A stretch of 64,000 nucleotides of DNA from Rubripirellula sp. (GTDB lineage: Bacteria > Planctomycetota > Planctomycetia > Pirellulales > Pirellulaceae). A model generated the notes under the pieces. That model was not told the origin of the DNA and searched no databases. It saw only the letters and a program-made list of their open reading frames with translations. The stretch's first letter is position 1, and the number at the start of each line of letters is the position of its first letter. Location of the stretch: the NCBI GenBank assembly GCA_965216875.1, contig OZ244207.1:1120001-1184000 (forward strand). Direction: 5' to 3'. Made by a program: the position numbers and the translations under genes. Positions 1 to 9,883 of this stretch are shown one piece after another.

Positions 1-2
1 GA

Positions 3-110
3 CTGTTGGTTCTGTTGACCGGAAACTTGCTCATTCCAATCGTTGCGCACGCTGCCTACGACGCCGTCCAGCTTCTTTGGACCGGCCACCGAAAAGAAGC
101 GACCGCATAG
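3..110 (+). CDS. 3' end of CPBP (CAAX/Abi) family intramembrane metalloprotease, partial
   Basis: Frame 3 reads LLVLLTGNLLIPIVAHAAYDAVQLLWTGHRKEATA*; TGNLxxPIxAHxxYD matches the C-terminal CPBP motif. Not on the ORF track. Confidence 0.7.
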   Translation: MLVLLTGNLLIPIVAHAAYDAVQLLWTGHRKEATA

Positions 111-203
111 TCGCGTAGCCACGCTCGCCAGTTCGTAGTACCGAGCTTTAGCCGGAATCTTCTTGTGAGCCGCCAGCAGGCGGGACGACAAACGCTGCTT
201 CTT

Positions 204-280
204 GTGAGCCGAACGCGCTAGCGTCGGGCCTTACACTCCTTTTCATCTCGCAGGGGCCCGATGCTAGCGCGTTCGGCTCA
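204..280. repeat. Inverted pair of REP-like family A elements (GTGAGCCGAACGCGCTAGCGTCGGGCC)
   Basis: 204-230 and its reverse complement at 255-280 lie between convergent genes; the same unit recurs at ~34375, 34543, 42446, 49245, 59422 and 60379. Confidence 0.85.
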
Positions 281-319
281 GGCCAATCGCGAAAGGCGAC
301 TCACTGGAGGGAGGATGAG

Positions 320-2956
320 CTAGCGTTTTTTGAGATGCTGGCCGGTCGCGCTCTTTTTGCATTTGGCGACTTCTTCGGGGGTGCCGGTTGCCATGATCTC
401 TCCACCGCCCACACCGCCCGTGGGGCCGAGGTCCACGATCCAATCGCATGCCGCCAACAGGTCGAGGTTGTGTTCGATCACAAGCACCGTGTTTCCGGCG
501 TCGACAAGTTTCTGCAACACTCCGACTAGCCGTTCGACGTCTGCGAAATGCAAACCCGTTGTCGGCTCATCGAGCAGATAGAGTGTGTTGCCGGTCGATC
601 GCCTCGCGAGTTCGGTACCGAGTTTGATGCGTTGCGCCTCGCCGCCGCTAAGCGTCGTGCTGGCTTGCCCAAGATGCAAATAACCAAGTCCAACTGCCTG
701 GAGCGATTGCAGAAGATGGTGAGGTCGTGGCACGTTCACAAAGAACTCACACGCTTCGTCGACGGTCATGTCCAACACATCAGCGATGCTCGCACCTTTG
801 AATCGAACCTGCAAGGTTTGCCGATTGAACCGTTTGCCACCACATCGCGAGCAAGTCACAAACAAGTCACTCAGGAAATTCATCTCGACGCGTTCGACGC
901 CGTGCCCTTTACAGAGTTCGCATTGGCCAGCGGATGAATTGAAGCTGAATCGCGACGGAGTGAACCCGCGTGTTTTCGATTCTCGCGTGGTTGCATACAC
1001 CTTGCGGATTTCGTCGAGCACGCCGGCGTAGGTCGCCGGGCAACTTCGCGGACTTCGGCCAATTGGACTCTGGTCGATCGGAATCAACTTGTCGAAGTGG
1101 TCGGCGCCCTCCAGGGAATCGTGGGGGCCAGCGGGCGGGGCAGCCAAACCGAGATTTGTCGCCAGCGCTGGATAGAGCGTGTCGTTGACGAGGGAACTCT
1201 TTCCGCTTCCTGAAACGCCAGAGATACCGGTCAGCAATCCGACCGGAAACTTGGCGGTGACACGTTTGAGGTTGTGTGTCGTGGCGTGTTTGATCGTCAG
1301 CCAACGATCCTTGTCTGGTTCGCGGCGTTGCGCTCGGACGGGAACGCGGCGGCGACCACTTAGGTAATCGCCGGTCAGACTGTTCTTGTCCGCAGCAACT
1401 TGCTTGGGCGTTCCGCGGCTGATGATCTTGCCGCCGTGCGGACCGGCGCCCGGTCCGATGTCGACAAGCAAGTCGGCGGCCATCATCGTTGCTTCGTCAT
1501 GTTCGACGATGACGACCGAATTGCCTTGGCGTTGTAGCTGACGAACGCAATCGATCAGCCGTTCATGGTCCGCTGGATGTAGACCGATCGATGGTTCATC
1601 AAGAACGTAGCAAACGCCAACCAGCCCGCTGCCGATACTGGTCGCCAAGCGAACGCGCTGCAACTCTCCGCCGCTCAGTGTGTCGGCTGGACGGTCCAGC
1701 GTCAGGTAGCTGACGCCAACACGCTCGAGGAATTCCAAACGTCGTACCACTTCGGCTTGGATAGGCGCTGCAACCTTGGCATGCAACGGTGCAAGCCCTT
1801 CATGCAGTTTTCGCATCCACTGAGTTGCTTCGCCGAGTGGCATTGCGGCCAATTGATGAATCGCGACGTTGTGAATGGTGACTCGCAGCGCTTCGGCGCG
1901 CAGCCGACCGCCCTCGCAATCCTCGCACGTTCGCTGGTCTTGGTCTTTGCCAATGCGTCCGAGTCCATCGCATGTTGGGCAAGCACCGTAGGGACTGTTG
2001 AAGCTGAACGTTCGCGGTTCGATTTCTTCAAAGCTCGCGCCGCACGACGCGCAAGCCATCGCCGTGTTGTAGATCGATTCTTCCCATTGGCCCCCTTTGG
2101 GTTGTCGCAGCGTCGTTATCAATCCTTCGCCAAGACGCAATGCGAGCGCGACCGATTCGCTGAGTCGCGTTTCGATACCTTCTCGGATGCCCAGCCGATC
2201 GACCACCGCTTCGATGGTGTGGTTCTTGCGCGGGGCGAGTTCTGGGATGTCCTCGAGCAAATGAACTTCGCCGTCGACACGAGCTCGAATCAATCCAGCC
2301 TTCCGAATCGATTCAAAGACTTCTCGGTGGGCTCCTCGTCGGCCGCGGACCAGCGGCGCCATGACGATCAGTTTGGTGCCTTCGGTAAGGGCGGCCAGGC
2401 TTTGACAAACGTCATCGGGCGATTGTTGCGAGATCGAGCTTCCGCATTCAGCACAATGGGGGACGCCGATCCGAGCATAAAGGAGCCGCAGGTAGTCGTA
2501 GACTTCGGTAATCGTGGCGACCGTGCTGCGCCCGCCGGTCGAGCCTGGTTTTTGGTCAATCGCAAGCGTCGGGGCCAAGCCGTCAATGGAATCGACATCG
2601 GGCCGCGGAATTTGATCGAGGAACTGGCGGGCGTAGGCCGAGAGGCTGTCGATGTATTGTCGCTGGCCTTCGGCGTAGAGCGTGTCAAACGCGAGCGAGC
2701 TCTTGCCGCTGCCCGAGACTCCTGTGATCACGGTGACCGCATCGCGAGGAATATCGAGATCGACGCCTTGCAAATTGTGGACTCGGGCGCCGCGAATGCG
2801 GATCTGTCCCCCGCTGCGGCCACTTTTGGGGCGGCGAGCCGACGTTTTGCTTCGTGCTTTCGTCGACGAAGTTCGCTTCGATTTGGTTTCCGCCAAGCCT
2901 GATCGGTCCGGATGAGCAATAATGGGGTAGACTTCCGCATCAAAAACGGCACACAC
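320..2956 (-). CDS. uvrA: Excinuclease ABC subunit A (UvrA), short variant; start may be TTG at 2896
   Basis: Two Walker A motifs (GVSGSGKSS), LSGGE signatures, zinc fingers, and the N-terminal IRIRGARVHNL...TLYAEGQRQY segment. Confidence 0.95.
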   Translation of the reverse strand: MCAVFDAEVYPIIAHPDRSGLAETKSKRTSSTKARSKTSARRPKSGRSGGQIRIRGARVHNLQGVDLDIPRDAVTVITGVSGSGKSSLAFDTLYAEGQRQYIDSLSAYARQFLDQIPRPDVDSIDGLAPTLAIDQKPGSTGGRSTVATITEVYDYLRLLYARIGVPHCAECGSSISQQSPDDVCQSLAALTEGTKLIVMAPLVRGRRGAHREVFESIRKAGLIRARVDGEVHLLEDIPELAPRKNHTIEAVVDRLGIREGIETRLSESVALALRLGEGLITTLRQPKGGQWEESIYNTAMACASCGASFEEIEPRTFSFNSPYGACPTCDGLGRIGKDQDQRTCEDCEGGRLRAEALRVTIHNVAIHQLAAMPLGEATQWMRKLHEGLAPLHAKVAAPIQAEVVRRLEFLERVGVSYLTLDRPADTLSGGELQRVRLATSIGSGLVGVCYVLDEPSIGLHPADHERLIDCVRQLQRQGNSVVIVEHDEATMMAADLLVDIGPGAGPHGGKIISRGTPKQVAADKNSLTGDYLSGRRRVPVRAQRREPDKDRWLTIKHATTHNLKRVTAKFPVGLLTGISGVSGSGKSSLVNDTLYPALATNLGLAAPPAGPHDSLEGADHFDKLIPIDQSPIGRSPRSCPATYAGVLDEIRKVYATTRESKTRGFTPSRFSFNSSAGQCELCKGHGVERVEMNFLSDLFVTCSRCGGKRFNRQTLQVRFKGASIADVLDMTVDEACEFFVNVPRPHHLLQSLQAVGLGYLHLGQASTTLSGGEAQRIKLGTELARRSTGNTLYLLDEPTTGLHFADVERLVGVLQKLVDAGNTVLVIEHNLDLLAACDWIVDLGPTGGVGGGEIMATGTPEEVAKCKKSATGQHLKKR

Positions 2957-3020
2957 TCCACCTAATCAATAGGTAGACGTTCTGGTTCACGGTAGATGAC
3001 CGGGCAATCTTTGAAAATCC

Positions 3021-4160
3021 ATGACCATAACCGACTTGTCCGTGGAACGTGAAAACATGCTGCTCGCATCGTACGCGATGCACAGCGACGAAACGCGCGG
3101 TCGCATTCACGACGAACCGCCGCATCCCTACCGCGGTCCTTTTGCGCGCGACCGTGATCGCATCCTGCACAGCAGTGCGTTTCGACGCCTGAGTGGTAAA
3201 ATGCAGGTTTTTACCGGCGAGATGGGAGTCTATCACCGCACACGACTAACACACACGTTCGAAGTCGCGTCGGTCGCGCGGACGCTGGCCAGAACGCTGC
3301 GATTAAACGAAGACCTTACCGAAGCCCTCGCGCTGATGCACGACATTGGCCATCCACCCTACGGGCATTGCGGCGAGGATGCGCTGAGTGAGTGTATGCA
3401 GGATGTTGGTGGGTTTTCGCACAACGGTTTTGCCTTGGTGATCGTCACCGAGCTGGAACAACGTTACACCGGGTTCCCCGGTTTGAATCTATCTCGAGAA
3501 ACACTGGCCGGCCAAGACGTCCGCGCACACAAGGCCGAAGCCGCGATCGGACACTCACCGCTCTTGGAAGTCCAGCTTGTCGATGCCGCCGATTCGATCG
3601 CTTACGACGCACACGACGTCGATGATGCGCTGCAGATGGGGCTGCTTTCGATCGACGAACTTGCCGAATTGTCGATCGTGCGACGTTCCCTCGATTTGGT
3701 TCGAGAAAAACATGGGATGCTGCCGACCAGTCAGCTGCGTCAATCATTGGTGCATGAGTTGATTGATTTGCAGGTTGGTGATTTGGTGACGATTGCCCAG
3801 TCGCAACTTGCTGCCGTCGACGGATTGAGTTGCTTCGAGGTTTGTCGCCAGGGGGTACGGTTCCAGCACAGCGAGCAGATTGCTCGCGAACGGGCCGAGC
3901 TCGAGGCGTTTCTATTCGAAGCGGTCTATCGCCATTCGCGTTTGATCCCCGTCCGCGAAGCCGCGGCCGAGCGATTGAGGGTTCTGTTTGAAACGATCTT
4001 GGCCGATCCGAACCGTTTGCCACTGCGTTTTCGCCAACGTGCTGAACGGGTGCATATCGAACGGGTCGTGGGCGAGTACATCGCCGGCATGACCGACTCG
4101 CTCTGCGATGCCCAGTCCGAACAAATCGCCCACTCCAGCGGTCCACTTGCCGATTGGTAG
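3021..4160 (+). CDS. dgt: dGTP triphosphohydrolase (HD family)
   Basis: RDRDRILHSSAFRRLSGKMQV, RTRLTHTFEV, HDIGHPPYGHCGE, ADSIAYDAHDVDD, YIAGMTD. Confidence 0.92.
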   Translation: MTITDLSVERENMLLASYAMHSDETRGRIHDEPPHPYRGPFARDRDRILHSSAFRRLSGKMQVFTGEMGVYHRTRLTHTFEVASVARTLARTLRLNEDLTEALALMHDIGHPPYGHCGEDALSECMQDVGGFSHNGFALVIVTELEQRYTGFPGLNLSRETLAGQDVRAHKAEAAIGHSPLLEVQLVDAADSIAYDAHDVDDALQMGLLSIDELAELSIVRRSLDLVREKHGMLPTSQLRQSLVHELIDLQVGDLVTIAQSQLAAVDGLSCFEVCRQGVRFQHSEQIARERAELEAFLFEAVYRHSRLIPVREAAAERLRVLFETILADPNRLPLRFRQRAERVHIERVVGEYIAGMTDSLCDAQSEQIAHSSGPLADW

Positions 4161-4498
4161 GGTTTCTGAGTACGCAGGGCAAATGAACCCGTTTCATCCA
4201 AACCCGAATGACCACCGAGGCGTCCATGCACGCCGCATTTCACCTTCTGGCCAAGGCAGTTCCCTCCCAGCTAGCGGATGATCGTCGCTGCGGGGCCGTC
4301 TGTTCGGAATAGACCGATTTTGACGCCTCCATTCGCTCTCTCGAGCCAGAATGCGGTTTCCACTCCCCTGGGGTGCGCGGTGAGGCTCATTTACACTGGA
4401 TCAGAATGATTTTGTTGTGGCGTCGTTGTTGGCAATTGCCTGGGCACGCCCGGTGGGACTTTCCTACTTTTGAAACCTAAAGAAGGGGCAACCATCTG

Positions 4499-5503
4499 AT
4501 GGCCCTCATTATTCTTCGCTGCATCTTCCTGCTTTGTGCAGGCGGTGTTTCGGTCATCATCAATTCGTCGCTGACCGACGCGTCGACCGCCGCACCCTAT
4601 TTGATCTTTGCAGGGATCATGTCGTTCGCGCTCACCGTTGTCGTGGCCGACATCTACGCTCCGCGAAAACGAATCGACACCATTTCGTCAATCTATTTCG
4701 GTGTGCTGATCGGTGTGCTCCTTAGTTATGTGCTTTGGGTCGCGGTCGAACCGATCGTGCTGCAGTCACTGAACGGCCAGGCCGTCCGATTGATCTTGGC
4801 CGTTGTGCTTTGTTACATCTGTACGAGCGTTTTGCTGCAAACCAAAGACGACTTCCGGTTCCTAATTCCTTATGTGGAATTCGTCCGCGAAGTTAAAGGA
4901 TTCAAACCCTTGGTGCTCGACACGAGCGTCGTGATCGATGGCCGCATCGCCGACCTGGTCGCAACCGGTGTCTTTGACAACCAATTGATCATGCCCCGCT
5001 TCGCACTTAGCGAACTGCAGGCGATTGCCGACAGCGGCGACAAACTCCGGCGCACCCGCGGCCGACGCGGGCTCGATGTGCTCAATCGAATGCGTGCCGA
5101 CGACAACGTCGATTTGATGATTTTTGATCGCGAGCTTCCTGAATTGGCCGGTCAAACCGTCGACTTGAAATTGGTGCTGCTTGCCAAACACCTCGAAGGC
5201 AAAGTGGTCACGGGCGACTTTAACCTCAATAAAGTTGCCAAGCTTCACAACGTTCCCGTGATCAACCTGAACGAGATCAGCAATTCGCTACGCCCCGTCT
5301 TCCTGCCCGACGAAACGTTCAAGATCAAAGTGATCAAGGCTGGCGAAGGTCCTGAGCAAGGGATCGGCTACCTCGATGACGGTACCATGGTTGTGATCGA
5401 AGGCGGTCGCAATCGTATTGGCGAAGAGCTTGATGTGCGCGTCACGAGCACGCTGCAAACGAACGCTGGGAAGATGATCTTCAGCAAATGTGAAGCTCGT
5501 TAG
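4499..5503 (+). CDS. PIN/TRAM domain membrane protein (YacL-like)
   Basis: N-terminal TM helices; PIN motifs VLDTSVVIDGRI and RGRRGLDVL; TRAM-like GIGYLDDGTMVVIE...QTNAGKMIF. Confidence 0.9.
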   Translation: MALIILRCIFLLCAGGVSVIINSSLTDASTAAPYLIFAGIMSFALTVVVADIYAPRKRIDTISSIYFGVLIGVLLSYVLWVAVEPIVLQSLNGQAVRLILAVVLCYICTSVLLQTKDDFRFLIPYVEFVREVKGFKPLVLDTSVVIDGRIADLVATGVFDNQLIMPRFALSELQAIADSGDKLRRTRGRRGLDVLNRMRADDNVDLMIFDRELPELAGQTVDLKLVLLAKHLEGKVVTGDFNLNKVAKLHNVPVINLNEISNSLRPVFLPDETFKIKVIKAGEGPEQGIGYLDDGTMVVIEGGRNRIGEELDVRVTSTLQTNAGKMIFSKCEAR

Positions 5504-5555
5504 ACGGGTGCATGTGAGCTGCGTCAATGACTCGCCGCATGGGGCGTATGGGAGT

Positions 5556-5595
5556 TGCCGGATCTGTGTCGCTGTCGCTCCTTGATCCGGCCTAC
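5556..5595 (-). repeat. REP-like family C (GTAGGCCGGATCAAGGAGCGACAGCGACACAGATCCGGCA)
   Basis: GTAG-tagged imperfect palindrome; further copies at 21982, 22194, 28391, 28499 and 42285. Confidence 0.85.
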
Positions 5596-5609
5596 TCGGC
5601 AAGCAGACG

Positions 5610-6041
5610 ATGAACGAAATCAATCCAGCCTTCTTGCTGCTGATCCCTGTCGCCTGGTGCCTGATTTCTCTTTCAATGTCACGCATGTCAGGCTGGTCGC
5701 GCCTGGCTCGCGAGTTTCCCTGTGGCGATGCACCCGAAGTGACGGGCGATTTGGAAATCGCTCGCATGCGAACCGGGCGTGTCGGCGTGATCAATTACTA
5801 CTCGTGTCTGACCTTCAAGGCGACTGAGCAAGGGTTGTACGTTTCGGTGGCCCCGTTTTTACGATTGGGGCACAAGCCGTTCTATATCCCGTGGAATCAG
5901 TTTCATCATATTGCTGAACACGATCTGCTCTATTCGCAACGGGTGAAGATGTCCGTCGGCAAACCGACCATCAACCGGTTCCTCTTTCCGGGCTGGGTGA
6001 AGTACCACCTTCCCTACGAAATGCGCCCCGACGTTGATTGA
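5610..6041 (+). CDS. Hypothetical membrane-anchored protein
   Basis: 143-aa ORF with an N-terminal hydrophobic helix and plausible composition, bounded by REP elements. Confidence 0.7.
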   Translation: MNEINPAFLLLIPVAWCLISLSMSRMSGWSRLAREFPCGDAPEVTGDLEIARMRTGRVGVINYYSCLTFKATEQGLYVSVAPFLRLGHKPFYIPWNQFHHIAEHDLLYSQRVKMSVGKPTINRFLFPGWVKYHLPYEMRPDVD

Positions 6042-6057
6042 GCGGCGTGATCGTTCT

Positions 6058-6121
6058 GTTCGTAGTACCGCCTTCAGGCGGAATCTTCACGAGGATTCCG
6101 CCTAAAGGCGGGACTACGAAC
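6058..6121. repeat. REP-like family D doublet forming a long hairpin (GTTCGTAGTACCGCCTTCAGGCGGAATC...GATTCCGCCTAAAGGCGGGACTACGAAC)
   Basis: Inverted GTAG-tagged pair; partial copies at ~131-157 and ~42516-42541. Confidence 0.8.
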
Positions 6122-6246
6122 GCACCGAACGGTGTGTCATGCGGAGCATGACCTACAACTACAACCTCCTGCGAAACTTCTGCCCCAATCACGGGTTATA
6201 ACAGGGACTCTTCCCACCTCCCTTCCCTCGCATCAGGTTGCTCGCG

Positions 6247-7605
6247 ATGCCTCGATCCATGCTCTTTTGTGCACTGGCTTGCTTGATTCCTCTTTCTCCG
6301 GCGGCCGCAGAGAATTGGGGCCACTGGCGTGGGCCGACCGGTAACGGAACGTCGCCCGACGCAAAGCCACCCACTCAGTGGAGTGAAACCGAGAATGTGA
6401 AATGGAAGGTGCCGATCGCAGGCCGTGGCTCGGGAAGTCCCGTGGTTTGGGATGACCGTGTCTTTGTCGTCACGGCTGTGCCTACCAGCGGCGAAGCGAC
6501 ATCAGCTGCACCCCAGCAAGCTCGCCCCAGCCTGCGACCACAAACGCGACGCCGGGGAGGCGGACGTTTTTCACGTGGCGGAGGCGGCGGGGGTCACGCG
6601 ATCACGCAGCTCGAATTCAAGATTCTTTGCTTCGCCCGAAACAGTGGCGGTCTGCTTTGGGAAAAGACCTCGGTCACAGCAACGCCACACCAAGCGACCC
6701 ATTCCACCAACGGATTCGCGTCGGCTTCTCCTTGCACCGATGGCCAGCATGTTTACGCCCACTTCGGTTCGCGTGGCTTGTACTGCTACACGATGGATGG
6801 CCAATTGAAATGGAAACGCGACGACTTTCCAAACATGAACACTCGCAACGATTTTGGCGAAGGCAGTTCGCCAACCATCATCGGCGACAAGATCCTGGTC
6901 CCCTGGGATCATGAAGGTCCCTCTGCGCTTTATGCACTCAACAAGCTTACTGGCGACACGATTTGGACAGCCGAGCGAAATGACGAGCCGACTTGTTGGG
7001 CGACACCGCTGGTGATCCCTTACGAGGGCGGAAAACAGGTTGTGATGAATGGCCAAACCTGTGCCCGCGGTTATGACCTTGAAAGCGGTAAGGAACTTTG
7101 GCGTTGTGGCGGGCAGACTCAACGTCCCGTCGCCACTCCCGTTGCAGCGGACGGTTTGGTTTTTGTCGGCAGCGGCTTCCGCGGCGAGTTCCTTGCTGCC
7201 TTTCGTCCCAATGGAAGCGGCGACATTGAAGGAACAACGCACGTTGCGTGGACTACGGAACGCGATACACCCGATATCGCGTCTCCGTTGCTCTCAGGTG
7301 ATCGGCTCTACTTTCACAAGGGCAAGTCGGGAATCTTGACCTGTTTGAAAGCCGACACCGGTCAGCCGTACTACACCGCAACGCGAGTGCCAGGCATCAA
7401 TAGCACGTACGCGTCGCCGATCGCGGCCGGTGGCCATGTCTATTTGACCGGACGAAGCGGCACGACCGTTGTGATTTCGGATGGCGAAAAGATGAATGTC
7501 GTTGCGACCAACTCGGTCGGTGAAGGCGTCGATGCGACGCCAGCGGCGGTCGATGACGAGCTATTCATCCGCGGTGAAAAACACCTCTTCTGTATTGCTG
7601 AGTGA
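6247..7605 (+). CDS. Secreted PQQ-like beta-propeller repeat protein (BamB-like, planctomycete type)
   Basis: Signal peptide, [13 protein letters not shown], repeated SSP/W-x-W propeller blades, C-terminal [12 protein letters not shown]. Confidence 0.88.
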   Translation: MPRSMLFCALACLIPLSPAAAENWGHWRGPTGNGTSPDAKPPTQWSETENVKWKVPIAGRGSGSPVVWDDRVFVVTAVPTSGEATSAAPQQARPSLRPQTRRRGGGRFSRGGGGGGHAITQLEFKILCFARNSGGLLWEKTSVTATPHQATHSTNGFASASPCTDGQHVYAHFGSRGLYCYTMDGQLKWKRDDFPNMNTRNDFGEGSSPTIIGDKILVPWDHEGPSALYALNKLTGDTIWTAERNDEPTCWATPLVIPYEGGKQVVMNGQTCARGYDLESGKELWRCGGQTQRPVATPVAADGLVFVGSGFRGEFLAAFRPNGSGDIEGTTHVAWTTERDTPDIASPLLSGDRLYFHKGKSGILTCLKADTGQPYYTATRVPGINSTYASPIAAGGHVYLTGRSGTTVVISDGEKMNVVATNSVGEGVDATPAAVDDELFIRGEKHLFCIAE

Positions 7606-7663
7606 TTCCTGCCCTCAGAAGAACGCACGAAGTACTGCCACGACGAAATGGGACAACTGTGAA

Positions 7664-8839
7664 ATGAAGAACGCACGCACTTTCCTTTTGGTCGGACTGC
7701 TCGCCACGGTTGCCGTTGGAACGAGCGTCTTTGCTCAGCGTCGCGGTCGCCGCGGCGGGGGAGCAGCGGCACTCGCTCAGCCTTATAAGGGCGTGATTGC
7801 AGACGGCAAGGTCGAGAAAGGACTCTTCAAGATCGAATCGACGGGCGTGACGACAGAACCGGTTGTTGCCTCAGCCAACAAGTTCATTGCTTCGCTTAAC
7901 GACGACCAGAAGGGACGCACGCTTTATCCCGTTGATGACCTCGAATGGCGGAAATGGGACAACCGGCATTTCTACAAGCGCCAAGGCGTTGGTTTTGATG
8001 AAATGACGAAGAGTCAACGCGAGCTTGCGTTCGGGTTGATGAAATCGAGTCTCAGCGCGAAAGGACTGAAGCTTTCCAAAGACATCATGAAGCTCAACGG
8101 CACGCTCGCCGAACTGGCCAACAACTTCGAAGAATACGGTGAGTGGCTGTACTGGATCACGATCATGGGTGAGCCATCATCCTCCCAGCCGTGGGGCTGG
8201 CAAATCGACGGGCACCATCTCGTGATCAATTACTTTGTCCTCGGTGATCAAGTCGTGATGTCACCCGTGTTCATCGGCAGCGAACCGATTCATGCAACCG
8301 GTGGCAAGTTCAAAGGCACGATCGTGATGCAAGAGGAACAAGATCTCGGATTGAAGTTTGCCCAGTCGCTTGATGACGAACAACGCAAGCTCGCGGTGAT
8401 TGCTCAAGCGAAAGAGGGCAACAACGCTGTCGCCCAGGCGTACCAAGACAACATCGATCTCGACTACTCAGGTCTCCCGGCCGTGATGTTGAATGACAAA
8501 CAGCGCGACATGCTACTCGGCGTTGTCGAGGCCTACGTTGGCAACATGGACGATGGCCACGCGAAGGTAAAGATGGATGAAGTCAAAGAGCACCTCGATC
8601 GAACCTACTTTGCGTGGGTCGGCGACACCAAAGACGACAGCGTTTTCTACTACCGGATTCACTCGCCAGTGATCCTGATCGAGTTTGATCATCAACGCCG
8701 CGTGGCACCCTTCCGGTCAGCGTCACCGACGCGCGAGCACATTCACGCGGTCGTGCGAACACCAAATGGAAACGACTACGGTAAGGATTTACTGCGTCAA
8801 CACATCGAGCGAGATCACGATTCCGACGCCGGTCGGTGA
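7664..8839 (+). CDS. DUF3500 family secreted protein
   Basis: Signal peptide from ATG 7664; [42 protein letters not shown]. Confidence 0.8.
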   Translation: MKNARTFLLVGLLATVAVGTSVFAQRRGRRGGGAAALAQPYKGVIADGKVEKGLFKIESTGVTTEPVVASANKFIASLNDDQKGRTLYPVDDLEWRKWDNRHFYKRQGVGFDEMTKSQRELAFGLMKSSLSAKGLKLSKDIMKLNGTLAELANNFEEYGEWLYWITIMGEPSSSQPWGWQIDGHHLVINYFVLGDQVVMSPVFIGSEPIHATGGKFKGTIVMQEEQDLGLKFAQSLDDEQRKLAVIAQAKEGNNAVAQAYQDNIDLDYSGLPAVMLNDKQRDMLLGVVEAYVGNMDDGHAKVKMDEVKEHLDRTYFAWVGDTKDDSVFYYRIHSPVILIEFDHQRRVAPFRSASPTREHIHAVVRTPNGNDYGKDLLRQHIERDHDSDAGR

Positions 8840-8908
8840 CCCGTGCGAGGTGCAGATGGTCTAAAATCGGAGGGAAACAACCATTCGCCCCATCCCCATG
8901 GAAGAACC

Positions 8909-9454
8909 ATGTCGCGTGCATTGCTAGTGATCGACGTTCAAAACGAATACTTCACCGGCGCGTTGCCGATCACGCACCCCGTTGGGCATCTCGAGTCGAT
9001 CACCCGCACGATGGATGTGGCAAAAGAGAGTGGTGTTCCGACCGTGGTGATTCGTCACCACATGGCCGATCCCGCTTCGCCGATTTTTCGTAAGGATTCG
9101 CCCGAGTGGCAATTGCACGATGAAGTTGCCGATCGTGAGCATCAGAAGCTGATCGACAAACAATTGCCAGGCAGCTTCACCAACACCGACCTCGAGCCTT
9201 GGCTGAAAGACAAGGGAATCGACACAGTCACGATTGCGGGCTACATGACGCACATGTGCTGCGACACGACTGCCCGCCAAGCGGCTCACCTCGGCTTGAA
9301 AGTCGAGTTTCTTTCGGATGCTTCGGGAACGCTGCCGCTCGCCAATGAAGCGGGGGAAGTCACCGCGGAAGAACTCCAACGCTCGATCTTGTGCGCTCAA
9401 CAGATGTTGATCAGCGAGGTACTGCCGTCAGAAAAGTGGTTTGAACGCTTGTAA
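8909..9454 (+). CDS. Isochorismatase-family cysteine hydrolase
   Basis: ALLVIDVQNEYF, IDK, AGYMTHMCCDTTAR (Asp-Lys-Cys triad). Confidence 0.9.
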   Translation: MSRALLVIDVQNEYFTGALPITHPVGHLESITRTMDVAKESGVPTVVIRHHMADPASPIFRKDSPEWQLHDEVADREHQKLIDKQLPGSFTNTDLEPWLKDKGIDTVTIAGYMTHMCCDTTARQAAHLGLKVEFLSDASGTLPLANEAGEVTAEELQRSILCAQQMLISEVLPSEKWFERL

Positions 9455-9466
9455 GTCGCGCTTGGC

Positions 9467-9838
9467 TCAGTTTTCTACCTGCCGGCGGGCCCTTCGGATC
9501 AAAAGTGCAAAGGGAAGCTGCGCCACGAACACGCCCACGAAGGCGTAGACGAACCACAACGCGCCGACGATCAAGGTCGATCGCCAATCACCAATGGCGT
9601 AAAGGATGGGATCAAGCCAGTGCGTTCCGACGTAGCCTGTCTGAGGGCAAAAGTTGTCCCAGCGATAAAAGGTGCTGATGTAAACCAACGTGATTGCGAC
9701 AATGCCCGCACCCGTTGGCAACGCAAAGAGTGCTCCATGCTGATTGATCCCTTTGCGCTCTGCCGTTGTGGATGGCTGGGTGTCGGTGGCAGGTCCAACA
9801 TCCGTCGCAGGTTCAAAGGGATTGTCGCTGTTTTGCAT
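9467..9838 (-). CDS. Small hypothetical membrane protein
   Basis: N-terminal DNPF motif common in planctomycete membrane proteins; two hydrophobic helices. Confidence 0.65.
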   Translation of the reverse strand: MQNSDNPFEPATDVGPATDTQPSTTAERKGINQHGALFALPTGAGIVAITLVYISTFYRWDNFCPQTGYVGTHWLDPILYAIGDWRSTLIVGALWFVYAFVGVFVAQLPFALLIRRARRQVEN

Positions 9839-9883
9839 ACGGTTGGTTTACGGTGGCTAGTTCGCACTTCGAACCTTTGACGA

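Noticed and set aside
3021..4160. Anti-phage dGTPase
   Set aside because: It sits in a housekeeping context (uvrA, PIN/TRAM) with no defence-island features.
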